Shown piece by piece: positions 27,271 through 34,840 of a DNA stretch of 48,646 nt; positions within the stretch are counted from its first letter, which is position 1; the number at the start of each line of letters is the position of its first letter. The position numbers and the translations under genes are program-made. Below the pieces are notes generated by a model that worked only from the letters and a program-made list of their open reading frames with translations, had not been told where the DNA came from and made no database searches. The stretch is from positions 6,854 through 55,499 of the forward strand of contig CAZWAS010000008.1 in NCBI GenBank assembly GCA_964631915.1, read 5' to 3'. The DNA is from an uncultured Spirochaetales bacterium (lineage in GTDB: Bacteria; Spirochaetota; Spirochaetia; CAZWAS01).

Positions 27271-27645
27271 ATGCCGACCACAGCAATTCAAGTGAAAGGA
27301 CTGCAAAGCTCCTACAAGAAGCTTCATATCCTGAATGGCGTGGATTTCGAGGTAGAACGTGGTAGTATTTTCGCCCTGCTTGGCTCCAACGGCGCGGGCG
27401 CTTTTTCGTACCCGCTTATCTTCCTTCCGTTTATCAGTTCGGCGTTTGTGCCAACCGAATCGATGCCACCAGTTGTCCGCGCTTTTGCCGAAGATCAGCC
27501 GGCGACCTCGATAGTTGAAACCATCCGTGCGTTCTTGTCCAGTCAACCGGTTAGCAATGATATATGGGTTGCTCTTGCGTGGTACGTCGGAATTATGGTA
27601 GTGGCATATATCTTCGCGATGAGGGTGTATAAAAAACGGGTGTAA
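27271..27645 (+). pseudogene. in-frame deletion fusion: ABC ATPase N-terminus joined to ABC-2 permease C-terminus
   Basis: Residues 1-43 (IQVKGLQSSYKKLHILNGVDFEVERGSIFALLGSNGAG) stop inside Walker A before the Lys. From about nt 27400 the sequence continues AFSYPLIFLPFISSAFVPTESMPPVVRAFAEDQP...VAYIFAMRVYKKRV, typical of an ABC-2 permease C-terminus. Confidence 0.6.
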
Positions 27646-27671
27646 AAATTCAACATGGCTGTGAGGTAGGC

Positions 27672-28205
27672 ATGGGAAGATTCGTATTGCTCCTCAGGGG
27701 AATCAATGTAGGCGGCGTTGTTCTCAAAATGGACGATCTGCGCCGCATGCTTTCCTCTCTGCGGTATACGGATATCAAAACGTATATTCAGAGCGGAAAC
27801 GCGGTATTCGACAGCTCGCATGGCGAGCCGCGAGCTCTGGAAGACGAAATAAAGGGTAAGATCAAAGCAGAATCCGGACTGGATGTTGCGGTTATCGTGA
27901 AAACTGAAGAAGAGTTCAGGCGCATCGCTTCTTCTCATCCTTTCAGAGCGAGGGGAGAGAAAAAGCATCTCTATGTGACGCTGCTGCACGATACACCGCA
28001 GAGACAGAACAGAAAAACGCTGCTGGAGTATAACGGCGCAGAAGAAGAGTTCGAATTGACCGATGCCGCCGTATACACCTATTACGGGGCAGGGTACGGA
28101 GCATCAGCCTTTTCGAATAATTATATAGAAAGCAAACTGAAGGTCGCAGCGACGACCAGAAACTGGAATACGATGCAGAAAATCCTCGAACTGCTGGATG
28201 AATAG
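27672..28205 (+). CDS. DUF1697 domain protein
   Basis: FVLLLRGINVGG...KMDDLRRML...IQSGNAVF is the characteristic N-terminus. Confidence 0.78.
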   Translation: MGRFVLLLRGINVGGVVLKMDDLRRMLSSLRYTDIKTYIQSGNAVFDSSHGEPRALEDEIKGKIKAESGLDVAVIVKTEEEFRRIASSHPFRARGEKKHLYVTLLHDTPQRQNRKTLLEYNGAEEEFELTDAAVYTYYGAGYGASAFSNNYIESKLKVAATTRNWNTMQKILELLDE

Positions 28206-28286
28206 GATATCGCTTACTCGAGCCTCCGCTCGGTCCCCGTTGAAACGGTGTTGCGATGAGCGGAAGCTGCGCGCAATTCAATCAAA

Positions 28287-28811
28287 TCAATATCTGCTGT
28301 CCGCGTAATCTACCCAACCGCCCGCTTCCACGAGGGTACGGTCGAAACCGGATATGGAGAACGGCACTTCCTCCTGTTTTCCGTTGCTGCGGATGACGAA
28401 TACGTTTTTTGCGAGATCCGTCGAGAGTTCCGTGTTTTTTCCTTTGTATTCGGCGAATAACCTATCGAGCGTGGCTTTCGGGAGCTCCACTGCGAGCATG
28501 CCGCAATTGTACATATTCTGCCTGAAGATTCTCGCGAAATTTTCGGCTATCACGAGGTTTATGCCGTTCACCTCAAGAGCCCACGGCGCATGTTCCCTGG
28601 AAGACCCGCAGCCGAAGTTTGCCCGCGTTATGATAACGCCCTTCCCTTTTATATCGTTCTTCGGATTGAAGCCTTCGAGTTTCAAATCTTCGAGGAGAAA
28701 CGGCTTGAGCGCTTCCTTGGAAATTTCAGTGAGGTATTTTGCGGGTATGATTTCGTCTGTATTTATGTCCGATCTGTCGAGAAAGAGTACGGTTCCGTTG
28801 AAGTTTTTCAT
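28287..28811 (-). CDS. leuD: aconitase-family dehydratase small subunit (LeuD-type)
   Basis: 174 aa. NTDEIIPAKYL and NFGCGSSREHAPWAL. Confidence 0.85.
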   Translation of the reverse strand: MKNFNGTVLFLDRSDINTDEIIPAKYLTEISKEALKPFLLEDLKLEGFNPKNDIKGKGVIITRANFGCGSSREHAPWALEVNGINLVIAENFARIFRQNMYNCGMLAVELPKATLDRLFAEYKGKNTELSTDLAKNVFVIRSNGKQEEVPFSISGFDRTLVEAGGWVDYADSRY

Positions 28812-28820
28812 GTGTTCCTC

Positions 28821-30107
28821 CTAGTTCCTGAATAAAGGCGAATTGGCTATGCGCCCCACCAGGGCCGACGCTGCTGCGGTCGCAGGGCTCATGAGGTGCA
28901 CCATGCCGCCCTTGCCCATGCGGCCGTTGAAGTTCCGGTTCGTCGTGGATGCGCAGACTTCTCCAGCAGCGAGCACGCCGTTACTCATTCCGAGGCATGC
29001 ACCGCAGGTCGGATTCGTCACGCAGAAGCCAGAATCCATGAATACTTTTATGATTCCTTCTTCGAGGGCCTGCTTGTAGACATCCGGAGTGGCGGGGGAT
29101 ACGATGCCGCGCACCGAAGGGGCTATAGTTTTGCCTTTCAGCACTTCCGCAGCGATCCTGAGGTCCTCTATGCGTCCGTTCGTACAGGAGCCGATATAGA
29201 TCTGGTCGATTTTCGTTCCCTCCATGCTCCGCACTGTTTTCACCTGATCCGGCTTGTATTCCACAGTCATGAGTGGTTCGAGGGAACTAACGTCTTGGTT
29301 TATGACAGTATCGTAGCTTGCATCGGGATCGGAAACCCATTTCCTGTACGAGACTAAAGCCTCCTGTTTCGAGGAGAACTCCGACGAGACGAATTTCCAC
29401 AAGTAGTCCACTGTGACCATGTCCGGAAGGCAGATTCCGCAGGTGGCACCCGCTTCCACAGCCATGTTGCATAACGTCATGCGGGATTCCATGCTCATGG
29501 CATCCACGACAGGGCCTGAGAATTCCAGCACTTTGTCCGTGGCTCCGTTCACACCGATGCGCCCTATTATCGAAAGAATCACATCTTTCGCATATACGCC
29601 AGGTCTCAACGTCCCGGTGATCTCCACTTTTACGGTTTTCGGGGGCTTGAACGCGCAGACTCCTTTTAGGATGCCGACTTCCAGGTCGGTAGTTCCTACG
29701 CCTGCGGCGAATGCGCCGAATGCCCCGTGCGTGCAGGTGTGGGAGTCTCCCATGATGATGGTGTATCCAGGCCGTACGAAGCCTTTTTCCGGAAATATGG
29801 CGTGGCATACTCCATTCCGTCCTATGTCGAAAAAATCCCGTATGCCGTGCCGTCGCGCCCAGTCCCGTAGAATTTTTCCCTGTTCCGCGGTCTTGGAGTC
29901 CTTCGCAGGCGTTACATGATCTATGACAGCCTTAATTTTTTTCGCATCGAAGACCCTGTCCTTGTCGCGGGCTATGAGGTCGTTGATCGCAATGGGTGTG
30001 GTGATTTCATGACAAAACACGGCGTCGAGACTGAGCACTCTGATGTCTTCGAACGGTGTGTCGATGCAGTGGGCATCGAAGATTTTTTCCGCTATAGTCT
30101 TTCCCAT
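28821..30107 (-). CDS. leuC: aconitase-family dehydratase large subunit (LeuC-type, short form)
   Basis: 428 aa. GDSHTCTHGAFGAFA, IGSCTNGR and Fe-S ligand Cys residues (NPTCGACLG). Confidence 0.88.
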   Translation of the reverse strand: MGKTIAEKIFDAHCIDTPFEDIRVLSLDAVFCHEITTPIAINDLIARDKDRVFDAKKIKAVIDHVTPAKDSKTAEQGKILRDWARRHGIRDFFDIGRNGVCHAIFPEKGFVRPGYTIIMGDSHTCTHGAFGAFAAGVGTTDLEVGILKGVCAFKPPKTVKVEITGTLRPGVYAKDVILSIIGRIGVNGATDKVLEFSGPVVDAMSMESRMTLCNMAVEAGATCGICLPDMVTVDYLWKFVSSEFSSKQEALVSYRKWVSDPDASYDTVINQDVSSLEPLMTVEYKPDQVKTVRSMEGTKIDQIYIGSCTNGRIEDLRIAAEVLKGKTIAPSVRGIVSPATPDVYKQALEEGIIKVFMDSGFCVTNPTCGACLGMSNGVLAAGEVCASTTNRNFNGRMGKGGMVHLMSPATAAASALVGRIANSPLFRN

Positions 30108-30117
30108 ACTCGCTCCT

Positions 30118-30702
30118 TCATTTTCCGAATATCATTCTCGGCGGGGTTATGACCCATATCGCCGCAAGAGTCCCGGTCCCAATATTCCGCAGGGTGTGGG
30201 GTATGTCCGATGAGAACGACACACTGTCCCCCTCCTTGAGGCAATAGGTCTGCGTTCCATATTCGAATTCCCCCTCCCCGGAGATGATGATTCCCAGCTC
30301 CTTTCCCGCATGGCCGAACTCCCTGTTTCCACGCTCACATCCTGCAGGTATTTCCAGAAACAGAGCTTCCAACCCGTATCTGTCGTCTTTGTTTTGAATG
30401 ACGGAAAGCTGCTCATAGGTAACCCCCTCCCGGATTGCTCTGCTCCGTTCATCTTTCCGGATTATGGAAACCTGCTTGGTCCGCTTGTAATCCTTGAACA
30501 GATAATCCAAGTCTATATCCAGCGCTTCTGCAAGGCGGAGCAGGGTATCGATGGAAGGGGATACCTTATTCCGTTCGATCTGCGAAACGAGGCTTTCGCT
30601 CACAGCTATGGTTCGTGCGACCTCTCTGAGGGTCACGCCTTTGCGTTCCCGTATTTCTCGTATCTTATCTCCGAATCCATACTGTTGTACTGTTTTAACC
30701 AT
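30118..30702 (-). CDS. XRE-family HTH regulator with C-terminal cupin domain
   Basis: IREIRERKGVTLREVARTIAVSESLVSQIERNK plus cupin motifs (GHAGKELGIIISGEGEF...GDSVSFSSDIPH). Confidence 0.85.
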   Translation of the reverse strand: MVKTVQQYGFGDKIREIRERKGVTLREVARTIAVSESLVSQIERNKVSPSIDTLLRLAEALDIDLDYLFKDYKRTKQVSIIRKDERSRAIREGVTYEQLSVIQNKDDRYGLEALFLEIPAGCERGNREFGHAGKELGIIISGEGEFEYGTQTYCLKEGDSVSFSSDIPHTLRNIGTGTLAAIWVITPPRMIFGK

Positions 30703-30792
30703 AACTTAATCTTCTTAAGTATTTATAAAACAATTCTAAAAAAACGTCAAGAGGAATTATAAAACTTTTGCTCTGCATATATACTAAGAGCA

Positions 30793-31776
30793 ATGGCAGG
30801 TGGCGAAGCAAAAAACCCATTTCTCCTCGAAGAGTATAAATCCCGGATCAATCGGGTGCTCGATTACATCGAGGCTCATGCGGATAAGGATTTTTCTCTG
30901 GAAGAGCTTGCCGGAGTGGCGCATTTCTCCAAATTTCACTTTCACCGGCTTTTCTATTCGCTGGTCGGAGAGACCCTGTTCCAGTTCATCCAGCGCATAC
31001 GCCTGGAGCGGGCAGCTGCGATGCTCGTGGCCAATCCGAAAAAAACGATAACTGAAATAGCCCTAGATTGCGGGTTCGCGGATTCTGCTGTGTTTGCGCG
31101 GAACTTCAAGCGGCAATTCGGCATGTCGGCGAGCCAGTGGCGGATATGCAAATCCGGACTCAAAAGCAATACCGGCATAACGGAAAGCAATACAGGTCAA
31201 ACGAATCGCAATGCCGGAAAAGCGGATTATACGAAACCTCTGTATGGTAGAGGAATATACACTATCCATACACGGAGGGAAATCATGATACAAGGTAAAG
31301 TAGAAGTGAAAGAAATGCCTGCACTGACAGTGGCGTATGTCCGCCACATAGGCCCGTACAAGGGAAACCTCGAATTGTTCAAAGGGCTGTTCGGCAAGCT
31401 CATGGCCTGGGCAGGCCCGAGAGATCTTGTGCGGTTCCCTGGCACGAAATCCCTGATCGTATACCACGACAACCCGGAAATAACCGATGAGAACAAGCTG
31501 CGGGTGAGCGTATGCATCACGGTACCAGCGCATACGAAGGTCGACGGAGAGATCGGAAAGATGGAAATTCCGGCGGGAAAGTATGCGTTCGTGCGGTTTG
31601 AGATCGGAGCCCACGAGTTTCAGGATGCCTGGGACTGGGTATACGGATCCTGGCTTCCCGAAAGCGGATTTCAGCCCGATGACGGCCCCTGCTTCGAGCT
31701 GTATCAGAACGACAAGGATTCGCACGCTGAAGGCAAATTCATTGTGGATATCTGTCTGCCCGTGAAACCGCTCTGA
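30793..31776 (+). CDS. AraC-family regulator with GyrI-like effector-binding domain
   Basis: AraC HTH (LEELAGVAHFSKFHFHRLF...GFADSAVFARNFKRQFG) plus a C-terminal GyrI-like half. Confidence 0.88.
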   Translation: MAGGEAKNPFLLEEYKSRINRVLDYIEAHADKDFSLEELAGVAHFSKFHFHRLFYSLVGETLFQFIQRIRLERAAAMLVANPKKTITEIALDCGFADSAVFARNFKRQFGMSASQWRICKSGLKSNTGITESNTGQTNRNAGKADYTKPLYGRGIYTIHTRREIMIQGKVEVKEMPALTVAYVRHIGPYKGNLELFKGLFGKLMAWAGPRDLVRFPGTKSLIVYHDNPEITDENKLRVSVCITVPAHTKVDGEIGKMEIPAGKYAFVRFEIGAHEFQDAWDWVYGSWLPESGFQPDDGPCFELYQNDKDSHAEGKFIVDICLPVKPL

Positions 31777-31792
31777 TCGATGATCGATATCA

Positions 31793-31814
31793 GGTGTGCT
31801 GCTAGCAGCACACC
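31793..31814 (+). terminator. candidate intrinsic terminator after the AraC gene
   Basis: GGTGTGCTGC-TA-GCAGCACACC is a perfect 10-bp-arm palindrome, followed by CCTTTCCCC. The T-tract is weak. Confidence 0.45.
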
Positions 31815-31878
31815 CCTTTCCCCTGTTCCCGAACCTTCCTCGCTATCAACCGGCAGCACAGCGTAAGGGTCTTTGCCG

Positions 31879-31925
31879 TTGACAAAACTAGGTGTATATT
31901 TTATAACTAGGCTAGGCTAATAGAT
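31879..31925 (+). promoter_or_regulatory. feo promoter with overlapping CTAGG repeats (weak DtxR/TroR-like half-site)
   Basis: TTGACA (31879-31884), 17-nt spacer, TATAAC (31902-31907), then CTAGGCTAGGCTAATAGAT. CTAGG also occurs inside the spacer. Confidence 0.35.
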
Positions 31926-31956
31926 GCATTGTCGCCAAATAAAAGGAGCTTATCCA

Positions 31957-32205
31957 ATGACGGAAACAGCTACAGGAAAAACAGTGCTTCTTTCGGATCT
32001 CAAGGCTGGTTCGAAAGCAGTAGTGTCGCAAATTCTGGGAGGTGAAGGATTCAGGAAGCGTCTGTTGGATCTCGGTGTGGTTCCCGGTAAAGAGATCGAA
32101 GTCATTTCCGCTCACAAATATCATCCGTTCATCATCAGGATCGACGATGCGAAGATAATGCTGGGCTGGGGCATGGTGTGCAAACTCGGTGTACTACCGC
32201 GTTGA
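31957..32205 (+). CDS. feoA: FeoA family protein
   Basis: LSDLKAGSKAVVSQILGGEGFRKRLLDLGVVPGKEIEV. An AAGGAG Shine-Dalgarno precedes ATG 31957. Confidence 0.85.
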   Translation: MTETATGKTVLLSDLKAGSKAVVSQILGGEGFRKRLLDLGVVPGKEIEVISAHKYHPFIIRIDDAKIMLGWGMVCKLGVLPR

Positions 32206-32272
32206 TTTTTTTGTGCACCATATTAGGCAATCCTAATATTGGTAGACAAGGCATCCAAGTCAGAGGAAATGA

Positions 32273-34471
32273 ATGTCCGAGAAAAAGACGCACAGCATAG
32301 CGGTAGCCGGAAATCCGAACTGCGGAAAGACCACATTGTTCAACGGCCTCACGGGTGCGAATCAGCGGGTGGGCAATTGGCCCGGTGTGACCGTTGAAAA
32401 GAAAGAAGGCGCCATGAAGGTCGGCGATGAGGTGTACAACATTGTCGATCTGCCTGGCATCTATTCTCTCTCTGTAGTGACGGACGACGAAAAGGTGACA
32501 CGAGACTATGTGCTCGGCGGCGAAGTCGAACTAGTCGTGAATATCGTGGATGCGACGAACCTGGAACGCAATCTGTATCTCACCACTCAGCTTCTGGAAA
32601 TGAAAGTTCCTCTCCTCATTGTGCTCAACATGATGGATATAGCCGGAAAAAAAGGGCTCTATATCGATGTCGATCTTTTGTCGAAACAGCTCGGCTCGCC
32701 TGTAATCGCAGTCAGTGCTGTCGATCCCAACGATGTACAGCGGGTGAAAGAGGCGATAAGGGATGCGGAAAAAGAAAAGCATATTTCGGAATCGGTAGTC
32801 GCGTACCCGAACGAGGTTGAGGATGTTATCCGAAGTTTTTCTCCGCGGTTATCCTGCGTTGCACGGGAGATCGGAGCGGATTCCAGATGGATAGCTTTGA
32901 AACTCCTGGAGCGGGATGAATGGGTCACCGAGAAGGTCTGCAGCGCAGGCCTCTTGAACAAGGATGCGGTAGAAGCCCAAATCCTCTCCATAGAGCGGTT
33001 GCTCAAAGAACCGCTTGATGTGGTCATAGCGGATTACAAATACGGATTCATCAATGGCATAACGCGCAAAGCGGTGATCCGGCGCATGAGCAGGGAATCC
33101 GCTACCGATAAAATCGACAAAGTGGTGATGAACAGGTATCTAGGCATACCTGTTTTTTTTATCGCCATGTTTCTCGTATTCTGGCTCACCATTACCGTAG
33201 GCGGAGCTCTTATCGGCTTGTTCGAACTCGTGTTCGGAGCAGTATTCGTGGACGGACTGGGGAAGCTACTTTCACTGCTCGGTTCCCCTGCATGGCTCAT
33301 CACGATTCTCGCCGACGGAGTCGGCGCGGGGATAAAGACTGTCGCAACCTTCATTCCAGTCATCTCCATGATGTTTCTCACCCTCTCCTTGCTCGAAGAT
33401 TCCGGCTATATGGCGCGCGCAGCATTCGTCATGGACAGATTCATGGGATGGATAGGGCTCCCCGGGAAATCGTTCGTGCCCATGCTGGTGGGATTCGGAT
33501 GTACGGTGCCCGCAGTGCTTGCGACCAGAACGCTTGATACCAAACGGGACAAAATACTCACCGTGTTCATGACTCCTTTCATGTCCTGCGGTGCTCGGTT
33601 TTCCGTGTACACGTTGTTCGCAACTGCCTTTTTTCCGAATTCCGTCGGTATTATCGTGTTTTCTATATATGTCATAGGAATCGGTTTTGCGGTGCTCACG
33701 GGATTTCTTCTGAAGAAAACGGTTTTCCAGGGAGAACCTTCAGCGCTCATCATGGAGCTGCCGCCTTATCATGCACCGCGAATAAAGCATATCCTGCTCC
33801 ACACATGGAACAGCCTCAAGGTGTTCGTCATGAAAGCGGGCAAAATGATCGTGCTCGCAGTGCTTCTTTTGAGCATTCTCAATTCCCTCGGAACCGATGG
33901 CACGTTCGGAAATGAAAACACAGGAAAATCGATCCTCGCCCGGGCAGGAAAAATAATTACACCGATATTTGAACCTATGGGTGTAGATAAAAAGAACTGG
34001 CCTGCCGCAGTCGCGATACTCACAGGCATGTTCGCAAAAGAAGCAGTCATCGGAACACTGAATTCGCTTTACAGCCAGATACATGCTTCAGATTCGGTGA
34101 GTTCAGCGAGCGACAAGCAAGATGGGGTTCGAGGTGCAGAGGAAACAGGGAAAGATGCGGATTTTATGTCTCAGGCCCTGAGGAGAAATTTCTCAGGAGG
34201 GCCACTTTCGGTGTTTGCGTATTTGCTGTTCATCCTGTTGTATTTCCCCTGCATAGCGACCTTAGGCGCAGCCATGAAGGAAATCGGTAAAAGGTACGGA
34301 ATGCTCATGGCTGCGTATAACACCGTCCTGGCATGGATCGTAGCAACTTTGTTTTTCCAGATCGCTTGCGGACATTCGCCGGTGTGGATAGCGACGGCTG
34401 TTGCCGGGATTGGCGTGGTTGTAGTACTTTTCAGGATCGCAGGCATGCGACGACGAAAAGCAGCCGTATAG
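32273..34471 (+). CDS. feoB: ferrous iron transporter FeoB
   Basis: 732 aa. G-domain GNPNCGKTTLFN and DLPGIYSL, followed by the polytopic membrane domain. Confidence 0.95.
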   Translation: MSEKKTHSIAVAGNPNCGKTTLFNGLTGANQRVGNWPGVTVEKKEGAMKVGDEVYNIVDLPGIYSLSVVTDDEKVTRDYVLGGEVELVVNIVDATNLERNLYLTTQLLEMKVPLLIVLNMMDIAGKKGLYIDVDLLSKQLGSPVIAVSAVDPNDVQRVKEAIRDAEKEKHISESVVAYPNEVEDVIRSFSPRLSCVAREIGADSRWIALKLLERDEWVTEKVCSAGLLNKDAVEAQILSIERLLKEPLDVVIADYKYGFINGITRKAVIRRMSRESATDKIDKVVMNRYLGIPVFFIAMFLVFWLTITVGGALIGLFELVFGAVFVDGLGKLLSLLGSPAWLITILADGVGAGIKTVATFIPVISMMFLTLSLLEDSGYMARAAFVMDRFMGWIGLPGKSFVPMLVGFGCTVPAVLATRTLDTKRDKILTVFMTPFMSCGARFSVYTLFATAFFPNSVGIIVFSIYVIGIGFAVLTGFLLKKTVFQGEPSALIMELPPYHAPRIKHILLHTWNSLKVFVMKAGKMIVLAVLLLSILNSLGTDGTFGNENTGKSILARAGKIITPIFEPMGVDKKNWPAAVAILTGMFAKEAVIGTLNSLYSQIHASDSVSSASDKQDGVRGAEETGKDADFMSQALRRNFSGGPLSVFAYLLFILLYFPCIATLGAAMKEIGKRYGMLMAAYNTVLAWIVATLFFQIACGHSPVWIATAVAGIGVVVVLFRIAGMRRRKAAV

Positions 34472-34487
34472 GCTGCGAGGAGGCGCT

Positions 34488-34745
34488 ATGCTTATGAAAA
34501 TACTGAAGGAAATGGCACGGGGGGAAACCTCTTCTTATGCATCGCTTGCGGAAAAGTTCGGAGTCACGGAAAGTATGGTCGAACAAATGGTGTTCGATCT
34601 GAAGCGCATGGGGTATATCAGAAACATAGTGAACGATGATTGCGCTCCACATACGTGTAAGCACTGCGTATCTTCGTGTTCCGATGTGCGTCCCGTATCT
34701 GCCGCCTGGGAACTCACCGAAAAAGGAAAGAAGCGGATTGGATAA
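34488..34745 (+). CDS. FeoC-like winged-helix protein with Cys cluster
   Basis: 85 aa directly after feoB. LKEMARGETSSYASLAEKFGVTESMVEQMVFDLKRMGYI plus CAPHTCKHCVSSC. Confidence 0.65.
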   Translation: MLMKILKEMARGETSSYASLAEKFGVTESMVEQMVFDLKRMGYIRNIVNDDCAPHTCKHCVSSCSDVRPVSAAWELTEKGKKRIG

Positions 34746-34840
34746 CGCTGTTTCCATCGATAATTTAATTGACACCGATCGAAAAAAAACCAATGATATA
34801 CGTATAGAGTTTTTAATTCTTTTGTTCTCGTAAAACGAGT

